Of a DNA stretch of 64,000 bases, positions 19,443 through 28,100 are shown piece by piece. Source of the stretch: a virus; the IMG/VR virus record IMGVR_UViG_3300045988_183936, positions 2,626 through 66,625 of that record; one strand, 5' to 3'. Position 1 is the first letter of the stretch. Each line of letters starts with the position of its first letter. The position numbers and the translations under genes are program-made. A model generated the notes under the pieces. It had not been told where the DNA came from, made no database searches, and saw nothing but the letters and a program-made list of their open reading frames with translations.

Positions 19443-19474
19443 AAGAAGCTCCTTCGGGAGCTTCTTTTTTTTTA
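19443..19474 (+). terminator. intrinsic terminator
   Basis: aagaAGCTCCttcgGGAGCTtc plus T9. Confidence 0.7.
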
Positions 19475-19486
19475 CAGCAAAAGCGA

Positions 19487-19690
19487 TTGACAAAATATCA
19501 AACTGTGGTAGTATAGAATTATAATTACGAAGCTATTTTTATAAAGGAGATTATCTCCGTTTTCAAGTCACCACAAAGAATCAAGACAGTTACTTCCCTT
19601 TTCTGGGAAGTGACTGTCTTTTTCTATATATAACATTTTTTGGATTCCCGTAAGTCCTTATTACAGGCTGGGAGAAAGGAGAAAAAGACC
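19487..19690 (+). promoter_or_regulatory. repeated promoter-leader-terminator cassette, copy 4
   Basis: Same promoter and leader. Hairpin agacagttacttcccttttctgggaagtgactgtct (19585-19619), fully compensated relative to copies 1-3, plus T-run. Conserved ggattcccgtaagtcctt...ggctgggagaaaggagaaa block. Confidence 0.75.
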
Positions 19691-21568
19691 ATGGCAAATT
19701 GTGTACTCTTCAGAAGTAAGAAAGGGTTCGACATCAGTACCCTCCCCTTCGGGCTGAACCAAATGCCTAACCGCAGCACGACGACGTTCTCCAAGTGGAA
19801 TGCGCCGCAGAGACCGTCTATGAAGGGGCAATCTACGCTGCACGCCTATGCAACCAGAGCATTTCTGGCATATCTGGGTATCCCCGGCTTTGTCGAGGAC
19901 TATGCTCTGCTGCAGGTCTCTGACAATCTGTGGAGCGCTGAGTTCCGCGACAACTCTACCGGCACGACCGTGAAGACGCTGCTGTTCACCTATAAAACGG
20001 TGTTCCAGACCAATGCGCCTTCTGTCGGTAAACTGGGTGCCGCCGTGACGATGCCTTCCGGCCAGTGGGCGGGTACTCCGTCTATCGGTTCTGAGTCTGA
20101 CGACATCGACCTCAGCGGCGCTATGCTGGCAATGACACCCCAAGTCCTGTCCCTCTACTACGAGGCACCGGAGTTGGCTGTCGTGGATGACAACTCGGAA
20201 CTCAAGACCGTCCGTGACGAGATTCTCGCCCTGTGCGCCAAGTACCCCGCTGATTGGGGCGCTCACATGGTGGAAGCATCTACCGCCTTCAACTATCTGT
20301 ATATCTTCAGTGATATGTTCTACTATGGCTGTGAGACGGGCAAAGTCCCGCTGAACGTCCAGAACGGGAACATGGATACGTTGACGCGGCAGAAGGTCAA
20401 CAACGGCGCTTTCAACGGCACCATCATTGTCGGCACACCTACCATCATCGGTGGCACAATGGCCGCCAACAGCACCTCAAGCTCTACCAAGGGCATGACC
20501 GTGAAGGCTGCCAAGCTCAGATACGCAGCGTGGGCTGACGCACACCCGTGGACGCCCGACGAGGAACTGCTGATTCCCACCTTCGATGATGACTTCAAGG
20601 TTCAGCCTGAGGTTATCGAGATGGCCGACAAAATCGTCGCTACGTCCAATATGCGCGTACCCTTCCGCAACTTTCTGTGGCGCGGCATTACCGGTTACGG
20701 TAAGTCTACCGGCACGAAGGTTCTGGCGTGCATCCTGCACACTCCTCGGCTGGAGCTGACCTGCCATACCGATATGCTGGCGAAGGACCTGATTTCTGAG
20801 TTCGTCCCCTGCAATCCCGTGGATGCGGCGCGTGGAGAACTTCCCACGTTCGATGAGATTTCCTTCGACCCCGAATCCGCGTGGACGACCATGACGGGCG
20901 AGGATGGCACTGGCATCACATCTGAGGAATGCTTCGCAAAGTATTCTGAGCTGTTGGTTGCCCGCGCCGGCTGCACTTCCCCTGTGAAGGTGGTCGAGTC
21001 CGCTTTCGTGAAAGCCGTTTCTCGCGGTTACATCTGCGAGATTCAGGAAATCAGCCGTATCAAGGACTCCGGCGTTATGGTCGCACTGAACCAGTACGAC
21101 CTGCCGGGTGCTATGATTCCGCTGGTGGACGGCGGTTTCACGTATCGTCAGAAGGATGCCGTTGTGGTATTCACGGATAACGTCGGCTATGCTTCCTGCC
21201 GCCCCATCGACCAGTCTGTTATTCGGCGTTGCCGGATGATTTTCGACAGCACTGAAATCGAAAAGCAGGCTATGCTGGAGCGCATCAAGTACAACACCGG
21301 CTGGAGCCGTGACGACAAGACGCTGAACGCTCTGTACGACGTGTTCGAGCAGATTCGGAGCTACTGCGCCGACAAGGAAATCACGGAAGGTTCCTGCACT
21401 ATTTGCGAGCTGGAGTCTCTCGTCTGCTGCGTGCAGTGTGACGACAGATACATGGCTCATTTGGAAGATTACATTGACACGTGCCTCATCGCCAAATGCA
21501 CGAATGACCCCGTCGAGCAGAACGAGATTCGTTCCAATGCGGCGCAGGTCATCAGCAAGGTGGCGTAG
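19691..21568 (+). CDS. MoxR/CbbQ-type AAA+ ATPase (CobS-like), 625 aa
   Basis: Walker A FLWRGITGYGKSTGTKVL. Walker B/sensor GYICEIQEISRIKDSGVMVALNQ resembles the MoxR LLLDEINR...ALLEAM pattern. Confidence 0.6.
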   Translation: MANCVLFRSKKGFDISTLPFGLNQMPNRSTTTFSKWNAPQRPSMKGQSTLHAYATRAFLAYLGIPGFVEDYALLQVSDNLWSAEFRDNSTGTTVKTLLFTYKTVFQTNAPSVGKLGAAVTMPSGQWAGTPSIGSESDDIDLSGAMLAMTPQVLSLYYEAPELAVVDDNSELKTVRDEILALCAKYPADWGAHMVEASTAFNYLYIFSDMFYYGCETGKVPLNVQNGNMDTLTRQKVNNGAFNGTIIVGTPTIIGGTMAANSTSSSTKGMTVKAAKLRYAAWADAHPWTPDEELLIPTFDDDFKVQPEVIEMADKIVATSNMRVPFRNFLWRGITGYGKSTGTKVLACILHTPRLELTCHTDMLAKDLISEFVPCNPVDAARGELPTFDEISFDPESAWTTMTGEDGTGITSEECFAKYSELLVARAGCTSPVKVVESAFVKAVSRGYICEIQEISRIKDSGVMVALNQYDLPGAMIPLVDGGFTYRQKDAVVVFTDNVGYASCRPIDQSVIRRCRMIFDSTEIEKQAMLERIKYNTGWSRDDKTLNALYDVFEQIRSYCADKEITEGSCTICELESLVCCVQCDDRYMAHLEDYIDTCLIAKCTNDPVEQNEIRSNAAQVISKVA

Positions 21569-21646
21569 GCTTATCCTGAAAGGAGAAGAGAGGCATGGAG
21601 CCTCTTTTCTTGCTTTCAGGACCGAAAGCAAGAAAGGAGAAAACAT

Positions 21647-22070
21647 CATGACTCACAACTATGAGAACGCCAAGTTCTTTAATCACGAGAGCTATAAGGC
21701 GCTTTGCGCTAAGGTCGGTGAGTGCATCAAAAACGGCGTCCAGTACGCTGATAAGATGCTCGACAACATCGAACGGCGCTGCGCCGGTGCTTTCCTCGAC
21801 TATGTGACGACCGTTGATATGAGCGAAACTCGCATCATCATCGCCCATAATCGTCTCGAAGGCGAAGACCTCATCGACACGCTGCAGACTATCGACGCGG
21901 GACGCCGGTCGGCACACGAGGCAGCTATGGCCGGATGCAGCATTCTCAACCGAATGGCTTTCGCCAACGGTATTGACCCCGTGTTCACTGGCAATCCTGA
22001 AGACCGTTTGCAGGTGGCAGATTTCTGCCTTGAATTCACTGTTGAAATTTTCAAGAACCGGCGCAAGTAA
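21647..22070 (+). CDS. hypothetical protein (141 aa) between the ATPase and VWA genes
   Basis: gaaaggagaaaacatcATG RBS. Confidence 0.5.
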
Positions 22071-22091
22071 ATAAGAAAGGAGAAATGACGC

Positions 22092-24320
22092 ATGGACCAG
22101 AAATCTATCTGGAGGCAAATCCGTGTGGGTGCCAATGAAATGAGCGAGAAGCTCACGGATGCTGACATCTACACCAGTGAAGCGTTTCGGAGTCATGTGC
22201 AGGCGACAGTCGATTCGATGACGAAGGACCTTGACAAGCACATCTCCGTTTCTCTGATGCATAACCCAAACTCAGACATCACCGCCTGTACTGATGGGAA
22301 TAATCTTTATCAGAATACGGCGAATAGTGTCATCACGTGGTATAAGCTCCCCTCCTCACGATTCGCAACGGTTATGGGTATCGTCTATCACGAGTTGGCC
22401 CACATCCGATTCCACGACTTCCGCGCCGATGCGCTGGCAGACAAGGAACTGGAAGAGAACGGCACACTCTACGGACGGATGCCTGAACCGGACGACGAGA
22501 CAGAACTGGATGAGATGAAGGAGGCGCTGAAGCATCCTGAATACCGCAAGGTGTTCAAGTCGCTGCGGGACGAACTCGTCAACTGCATCATCGACGCACA
22601 CGACGAGGAGCGTATGAGCGACTACTACGGCGGCATTGTTGCACGTGGTATAGAGATGGCAGCATCTTCCCTTCAGGGACAGCTTCACACGCTGGAAGGC
22701 TATACGAATAACAAGAATGAGCCGCTGTCTATCATGACAAGCCTCGTTCTCCAGTTCGCACGCTTCGGTGAAATTCTCGTTGCGGATGAGCAGACGCTCT
22801 ATACCAATGAGTACGCCAAGAAGCTGACAGACATCTCACAGGCCATTGAGCTTGCCACCAACACGGATAACCCTAAAGAGCTGTATGCTCAAATCAATGT
22901 GATGCTTCTCTTTATGTGGCCTTACATCAAGGATGCAATAGATAAGTGTGACAAGCAGCAGAATGCTCAGGCAGGCCAAGGCCAGCAGGGGCAAGGTCAG
23001 CAGTCCGGCTCCGACCAGAACGGTCAGGGTGGGCAGCAGGGCCAGTCCTCTTCCGGCGGCAACTCCGGCGGCGGTCAAAACAGCCAGAACCAGCAGGGCG
23101 GCGGAGGTGTCTCCCAGCCCAGCGCAAATGCCATTCAGCAGGTGCTCCAACAAATCGCTCAGGGCGCACAGAATGGCGGCGGCTCTCAGATACCCAAGAA
23201 CCAGAAGGCTTCCAACGTAGCCAAGCAAGCTACCAAGGATGCTCAGTCTGCTGGTAAGAAAAAGGGCAAGAAGGGCGGCAGCGGTTCCGGCGGTAATGAT
23301 GCCAATGAGGGCAACGTTCCCGCTGCTGTGACTGGTAAGAACGGCGATGGAAAGGATAAGAATGAGAAGCAGGAGCAGGCTGACAATATGTTGGCAAATG
23401 TTCTGCAGACCATCATTTCCTCCGTTGCAGGTGACATGGCCGAAGCCCAGATGGAACAGGATTTGAAGTCCCAAATCATCGCTGATGTTGACATCATGGA
23501 CCGCAGCTCCACGCACAAGGGTCATAAAATCGACGTCAAACGCGAGGTTGAAGTAACACCCGCAAACATCAAGCTCTACGGAGAAATGATGGAGGATGTG
23601 AAACAGTATTCCAAGCGTTTGGCGAAGCTGATGCAGCAGGAACTGAAAGACCTGCAAGATGGCGATGTCCGCAGAAATCGGATGTACGGTAGGGATATCG
23701 TAGCCAATGATATGTGGCGTCCCGACTGCCGGTACTTCAGCGACACCAAGCTGCCGCAGGACCTGCCTGACATGGCCGTGGCTGTTCTCGTTGACCAGTC
23801 CGGCTCCATGTGCGGACAGCGCATGGGCGCCGCTATGAAGGCCACCATGCTCCTGCATGACTATGCAGAGCGTGTTCATGTTCCTGTCGCTGTGTACGGC
23901 CACAACGTGACCATGCATGGTAGGGTCAACCTGTTCGTCTATACGGACTTCCTGAAGGCTGGTAAGCGTGACAAGTATCGCCTTGCCAAGCTCTCCACCG
24001 GAGGTTGTAACCGTGACGGTGCAGCTCTGGAGGTCGTTGCGAACCTGCTGAATGCGAGACCTGAGCGCACGAAGCTCCTCATTATCATTTCGGATGGCAA
24101 GCCGAATGATGATTCCTATGGTGGAGATTCTGCGGCGAAGGACATCAAAGACATCGTAGCCCGCAATCGCCGGCGCGGTGTTGAGATTGTTGCAGCAGCT
24201 ATCGGCGACGACAAAGCGTACCTCAAGAAGATTTACGGCGACCAGTTCCTTGACATTACTGACCTGTCCACCTTCCCCAAGGCAATGGTCAAAATCGTCA
24301 AGAAACGGCTGAAGGTCTAA
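22092..24320 (+). CDS. CobT-like von Willebrand factor A (VWA) domain protein with an HExxH motif and a Gln/Gly-rich linker, 742 aa
   Basis: MIDAS VLVDQSGSM. IIISDGKPND. HELAH at the N-terminus. Low-complexity QGQQGQGQQSGSDQNGQGGQQG between 22960 and 23120. Confidence 0.6.
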   Translation: MDQKSIWRQIRVGANEMSEKLTDADIYTSEAFRSHVQATVDSMTKDLDKHISVSLMHNPNSDITACTDGNNLYQNTANSVITWYKLPSSRFATVMGIVYHELAHIRFHDFRADALADKELEENGTLYGRMPEPDDETELDEMKEALKHPEYRKVFKSLRDELVNCIIDAHDEERMSDYYGGIVARGIEMAASSLQGQLHTLEGYTNNKNEPLSIMTSLVLQFARFGEILVADEQTLYTNEYAKKLTDISQAIELATNTDNPKELYAQINVMLLFMWPYIKDAIDKCDKQQNAQAGQGQQGQGQQSGSDQNGQGGQQGQSSSGGNSGGGQNSQNQQGGGGVSQPSANAIQQVLQQIAQGAQNGGGSQIPKNQKASNVAKQATKDAQSAGKKKGKKGGSGSGGNDANEGNVPAAVTGKNGDGKDKNEKQEQADNMLANVLQTIISSVAGDMAEAQMEQDLKSQIIADVDIMDRSSTHKGHKIDVKREVEVTPANIKLYGEMMEDVKQYSKRLAKLMQQELKDLQDGDVRRNRMYGRDIVANDMWRPDCRYFSDTKLPQDLPDMAVAVLVDQSGSMCGQRMGAAMKATMLLHDYAERVHVPVAVYGHNVTMHGRVNLFVYTDFLKAGKRDKYRLAKLSTGGCNRDGAALEVVANLLNARPERTKLLIIISDGKPNDDSYGGDSAAKDIKDIVARNRRRGVEIVAAAIGDDKAYLKKIYGDQFLDITDLSTFPKAMVKIVKKRLKV

Positions 24321-24330
24321 CTACAACTAA

Positions 24331-24358
24331 AGAGCCACCCTTCGGGGTGGCTCTTCTT
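24331..24358 (+). terminator. probable intrinsic terminator
   Basis: agaGCCACCCttcgGGGTGGCtcttctt. The T-run is weak. Confidence 0.45.
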
Positions 24359-24374
24359 GAAAGGAGATAATACT

Positions 24375-24611
24375 ATGGATTTAGGTTACATTGCTCCCTG
24401 CCCCGTGTGTGGTGGCAAAATCAAGCTGTATTCCCACTGTGGCAAGCCCGATTGTAAGGCTGTATGTCAGAGTTGCAAAAAGGGGTTTCCGTTCCACGCA
24501 AACCTGAAGACCTATGCCGGCACAAAAATCTATGCCAGCAGTATCAGGAAAAGTGTGCGGATGTGGAACAACACGGTTTCCAAGGAAGTTCTTGCTGATG
24601 TTGTTCTTTAA
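24375..24611 (+). CDS. Lar-family restriction alleviation protein (zinc-ribbon)
   Basis: APCPVCGG...CQSC...VRMWNNTV matches the Lar pattern CPFCGG...AWNRR. gaaaggagataatactATG RBS. Confidence 0.55.
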   Translation: MDLGYIAPCPVCGGKIKLYSHCGKPDCKAVCQSCKKGFPFHANLKTYAGTKIYASSIRKSVRMWNNTVSKEVLADVVL

Positions 24612-24633
24612 GCCCATTTGCTGCAGGAAGGAG

Positions 24634-24662
24634 TTGATTTTCTGCATATAAAGATGTATAAT
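24634..24662 (+). promoter_or_regulatory. sigma-A-type promoter
   Basis: TTGATT-17nt-TATAAT upstream of the fic gene. Confidence 0.5.
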
Positions 24663-24686
24663 AATGTGCAGAAAGGAGCTGGTGTT

Positions 24687-25733
24687 ATGAGAAAGTTTGA
24701 TTATTCTTTCCTCGATAACGGGCTGCTTCCTGCAAGCCTTGTGAACATCACGAGCAAAATCTACTCTCTTCGTACTGAAGCCGGCTTCCGTAAGCAGGAG
24801 TTTGGAAAAGTCTTCACTGAACTGGAATCCATTGCGCGAGTTCAGTCAGTAAAGAGCTCCAACGCCATTGAGGGCATTGTGACCAGCGACAAGCGCATTG
24901 CGGAAATCGTAAACCACAGCAGTGCGCCTCTGAACCATGATGAGGCGGAAATTGCCGGATACAGAGATGCACTCAACGCTGTGCATTCAGGATATGAGTA
25001 CCTGTCTTTCGGCGTTCCTGACATTCTGCGGCTCCATGAAACCATGATGGCAGTCGCAGGCGACGAGAACGGTGGGCAGTACAAAACGGATGACAATGTG
25101 ATTCTGGAAGTCGCGGCGGATGGCACGCGGCGTGTGAGGTTTCGTCCCACACCTGCGGCAGAGACACCGGCTACTATGGAGCAACTGGAACTGGCCTATT
25201 TGGATGCCTGTTCCAACTCTAATATCAACCAGCTTCTTCTTATTCCCTGCGTTATTTTGGACTTCCTTTGTATCCATCCATTCCGTGACGGCAACGGCAG
25301 AATGTCGAGGTTGCTCTCACTTCTGCTGCTCCACAAAAACGGCTTCGATGTAGGAAAGTACATTTCTTTCGAGGAACAAATCAACCAGCACAAGGCGTAT
25401 TATTACGACGCACTGGAGCAATCCTCGAAGGGCTGGATGGAGAACAACAACGACTATGCGCCATTTATTCAAAACTTCTTGTCCATACTGTATCAGTGCT
25501 ATAAGGAGTTGGATAAGCGGTTTGCAGTCGTCAATGGGAAGAAAATCACGAAGATGACGCGAATCGAAGCTACGGTACTTGGCAGCCTGATGCCAATTTC
25601 CAAAGCGGAGATATGCGCCATTCATCCTGATGTAAGCCCGTCCACCGTGGAGGCTGTGCTTGGACGCATGGTGAAGGAAGGGAGCATTAAACGTATCGGA
25701 ATGTCCAAGAAGGCACGATATGTTAGAGCCTGA
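24687..25733 (+). CDS. Fic family protein (class II, with internal inhibitory SxxxEG motif)
   Basis: Canonical Fic motif HPFRDGNGRMSR. N-terminal SNAIEG matches the (S/T)xxxE(G/N) alpha-inh. Confidence 0.8.
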   Translation: MRKFDYSFLDNGLLPASLVNITSKIYSLRTEAGFRKQEFGKVFTELESIARVQSVKSSNAIEGIVTSDKRIAEIVNHSSAPLNHDEAEIAGYRDALNAVHSGYEYLSFGVPDILRLHETMMAVAGDENGGQYKTDDNVILEVAADGTRRVRFRPTPAAETPATMEQLELAYLDACSNSNINQLLLIPCVILDFLCIHPFRDGNGRMSRLLSLLLLHKNGFDVGKYISFEEQINQHKAYYYDALEQSSKGWMENNNDYAPFIQNFLSILYQCYKELDKRFAVVNGKKITKMTRIEATVLGSLMPISKAEICAIHPDVSPSTVEAVLGRMVKEGSIKRIGMSKKARYVRA

Positions 25734-25768
25734 TTAAAGTCTATTTAGACAAGAAAGGAGAAAGCACA

Positions 25769-25978
25769 ATGACAGCCAAGCTGAAAAGTGATGCGTTGAG
25801 AGTTGTCAAGAGACTCCGTTGCTATGGCACGGACGCTGAAGACAACTTCGGCTGCGGCGATAAGCGGTGCAAGTACCGAGATGTGGACGGTGCCTGCAAC
25901 ATTAACAGCCTTGAAGCTGATGCTGCCGAAGTGATAGAGAAATTGTTGAAGGAGGTTGAAAAGTTTGAACATCGCTGA
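25769..25978 (+). CDS. small hypothetical protein (69 aa)
   Basis: aagaaaggagaaagcacaATG RBS. Confidence 0.45.
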   Translation: MTAKLKSDALRVVKRLRCYGTDAEDNFGCGDKRCKYRDVDGACNINSLEADAAEVIEKLLKEVEKFEHR

Positions 25979-27329
25979 TGTGGTAATGAAATCCCGCAAT
26001 GTCGAATCGTTCAGCAACCTCCTCCCTGCTGCGTCTGTCACATCAGAGAAAGCAAAGGCAGTTGCCAGTCGGAACGGATATATGGCGCCCTATACAGCCG
26101 ATGAACTGCGGAAGAAGTTTCATCTAACCGACGACATCATTGAGAACCTCTACTACTGCTGCGGCTTTACCCCGTTTTATTACTGGGATAAGGATAAGGT
26201 CATATTCCCCTGCAACAGTCTTACAATGGCAGCCGACGGTGAAGATAAAACGCCTGAAATCCGAGGGGCTGTTGAGCAACTGAAGAAGAAAATTGCCTCC
26301 GGCAACTGTAACTTCATCATCACGGCACTCAACGACCGGATGCGGATAGAATATCTGAAGAAACTCGTTGATGAGGGCTTTGATGGTGCTTACAAACTGT
26401 TCTACAATGTCTACCCCTTTTCCGATTACGGATGCTCCGCACTCGGACGGGATGGTATACTGAAGCTCAAAAGCATGAAAACGCCGGAACAGGTTCAGGC
26501 AACGGAGAAGGGGCTCAGGAAGTATCCTGACACACTGACGGTTTACCGTGGCGCCGGCGATGAAAGCGCAAGTCTGGAGGAAGCGTTCTCTTGGACGCTG
26601 GACCCTGCCGTGGCCGTGTTCTTCGCCACACGCTTCCCGTCTGACAATGCGAAGGTATTTCGGGCTACAGTCGAAAAAGCCTCTGTCATTGAGTATTTCG
26701 AAGGTGTGGAGGCTGAAATTATCGTATCTCCTGATGACATCAAGGAGGTTGAAGACTTTCCCCTCTATGGTATCGACTGGCTCAATGAGGCCGTGGATGA
26801 CGGCGCGATAGATGACTTCTGGCTCTATCAGAGGACTGCCGACTATGATGCCGTTCCTTTCCAAATGGCAAGCAAACTACACGGAAAGGCTCATGCTGGC
26901 CGTGTCCTGTTCATGTGTATGCTGTTGGCATATATGAAGGGTCTGGACTTGGAAGACAAGGAGATTTTGATTGATGCCGCACTGTACCATGACACAGGTA
27001 GATGCAGTGATTCAGAGGACAACACCCACGGCGCCGAGAGCGCGAAGATGCTGCAGGAAGCGTATCCTGATACTGACCCCATCACTCTGTTCCTGATGGA
27101 GTATCATTGCCGTCCCGATAAGGAAGGCTATGAGTTCATCGAGAAACATTGGTTGGATAAGCAAGATGCGCTGCGAGTCAAAAGCCTCTTTGACATCTTC
27201 AAGGATGCCGATGGTCTTGACCGCGTGCGGCTCGGTAATTATGAGTTGGATATGTTCCAGCTTCGTACCGAAGAAGCTCGCAAGCTGCCGCAAATCGCAA
27301 AAATAACTGAAGACCAACTGAAATTCTAA
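25965..27329 (+). CDS. HD-domain phosphohydrolase-like protein (C-terminal HD domain)
   Basis: H..LLAYMKGLDLEDKEILIDAALYHDTGR...HG..SA HD signature. TTG start is uncertain (25956, 25965 or 25986). Confidence 0.55.
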   Translation: MNIADVVMKSRNVESFSNLLPAASVTSEKAKAVASRNGYMAPYTADELRKKFHLTDDIIENLYYCCGFTPFYYWDKDKVIFPCNSLTMAADGEDKTPEIRGAVEQLKKKIASGNCNFIITALNDRMRIEYLKKLVDEGFDGAYKLFYNVYPFSDYGCSALGRDGILKLKSMKTPEQVQATEKGLRKYPDTLTVYRGAGDESASLEEAFSWTLDPAVAVFFATRFPSDNAKVFRATVEKASVIEYFEGVEAEIIVSPDDIKEVEDFPLYGIDWLNEAVDDGAIDDFWLYQRTADYDAVPFQMASKLHGKAHAGRVLFMCMLLAYMKGLDLEDKEILIDAALYHDTGRCSDSEDNTHGAESAKMLQEAYPDTDPITLFLMEYHCRPDKEGYEFIEKHWLDKQDALRVKSLFDIFKDADGLDRVRLGNYELDMFQLRTEEARKLPQIAKITEDQLKF

Positions 27330-27333
27330 ACTG

Positions 27334-27367
27334 AAAGCACCTCTCGAAAGAGAGGTGCTTTTTTTGT
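27334..27367 (+). terminator. intrinsic terminator ending the plus-strand array
   Basis: aaaGCACCTCTCgaaaGAGAGGTGCttttttt. Confidence 0.75.
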
Positions 27368-27399
27368 TATGTTACTTTCAAGTTGCAACTAACTTGCGA

Positions 27400-27580
27400 C
27401 CAACTTACTACTAAAGGATGCAAAGTCGCAACTGGATTGAACTAAGAGATTTGCAAACTATAGTTTGCATTTTACTCTTGGCGTTTGCAAACTGCAGACG
27501 TTTGCGGGAAATGGAAATATATAGCATATTGTGTTGAGAACCGGCAGATACACAATATGTTGTGGAAAACTTTGTGAACA
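27400..27580. promoter_or_regulatory. inverted-repeat-rich non-transcribed gap between convergent terminators (candidate oriT/att/protein-binding region)
   Basis: GCAAACtataGTTTGC (27453-27468). GCAAACtgcagacGTTTGC (27485-27503). catattgtgt...acacaatatg (27525-27559). Repeated aacttgcga/agtcgcaact motifs. Confidence 0.4.
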
Positions 27581-27584
27581 AAGT

Positions 27585-27615
27585 GGAAAAGCGGCTCCGC
27601 CAGATGCAGAGCCGC
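27585..27615 (-). terminator. intrinsic terminator of the minus-strand operon
   Basis: GCGGCTCtgcatctggcGGAGCCGC then a T-run on the minus strand. Confidence 0.6.
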
Positions 27616-27621
27616 CTTTGC

Positions 27622-27825
27622 TTATTTTTTGGTTGTGGCGCCGATGGGGTTGATGAACCGCGTCGCCCACTCCTCTTTGCCGCAGCGGGGACAAGGGCGG
27701 TGCCAGTCGTACATGAGGTGTCCATCCACATCCACCTTATCGGTCAGTGGGGCAACCTGCCCGCAAGCGGTACAGAAGACGATATAGCGTCGGTCGGCGC
27801 CTGCACGCTGTTTGCCGGCGGCCAT
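27622..27825 (-). CDS. small zinc-ribbon protein (67 aa)
   Basis: CTACG...CPRCG motifs. Confidence 0.45.
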   Translation of the reverse strand: MAAGKQRAGADRRYIVFCTACGQVAPLTDKVDVDGHLMYDWHRPCPRCGKEEWATRFINPIGATTKK

Positions 27826-28097
27826 TAAGATGCCTCCTTAACAGCGCTGACCAGCGGGCGCTCCTCCAACATACCGACAACTGTACGCAGAGGCTCAGAA
27901 CCGCCAAAAGCAGCAACGATGTGCTTCAAAGCACTCTCAGGAACGGAGAAGCTGTCCGAGGCACAGATGCCAACGGTCTTGCCCTTCTTTGTGTCCACCG
28001 TCACGAAATCGCCGGTATGGAGCGCACAACCGTCAGGGACGGAGAACAGGAAGGTCTGCGGGCACTTGGGGTGCTTGATGATGACGACATTGCTCAT
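27825..28097 (-). CDS. hypothetical protein (90 aa)
   Basis: Coupled to its neighbours in the minus-strand operon. Confidence 0.45.
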   Translation of the reverse strand: MSNVVIIKHPKCPQTFLFSVPDGCALHTGDFVTVDTKKGKTVGICASDSFSVPESALKHIVAAFGGSEPLRTVVGMLEERPLVSAVKEAS

Positions 28098-28100
28098 AAT

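Noticed and set aside
20477-21649. 390-aa minus-strand ORF
   Set aside because: It is antisense to the AAA+ ATPase gene, which has clear Walker motifs.
22960-23120. Q/G-rich repetitive DNA considered as a possible CRISPR or tandem-repeat locus
   Set aside because: It lies inside a continuous ORF (VWA protein linker). It has no repeat-spacer architecture.
22836-23918. 360-aa minus-strand ORF
   Set aside because: It is antisense to the VWA gene. It spans the low-complexity Q/G region, which is open in several frames.
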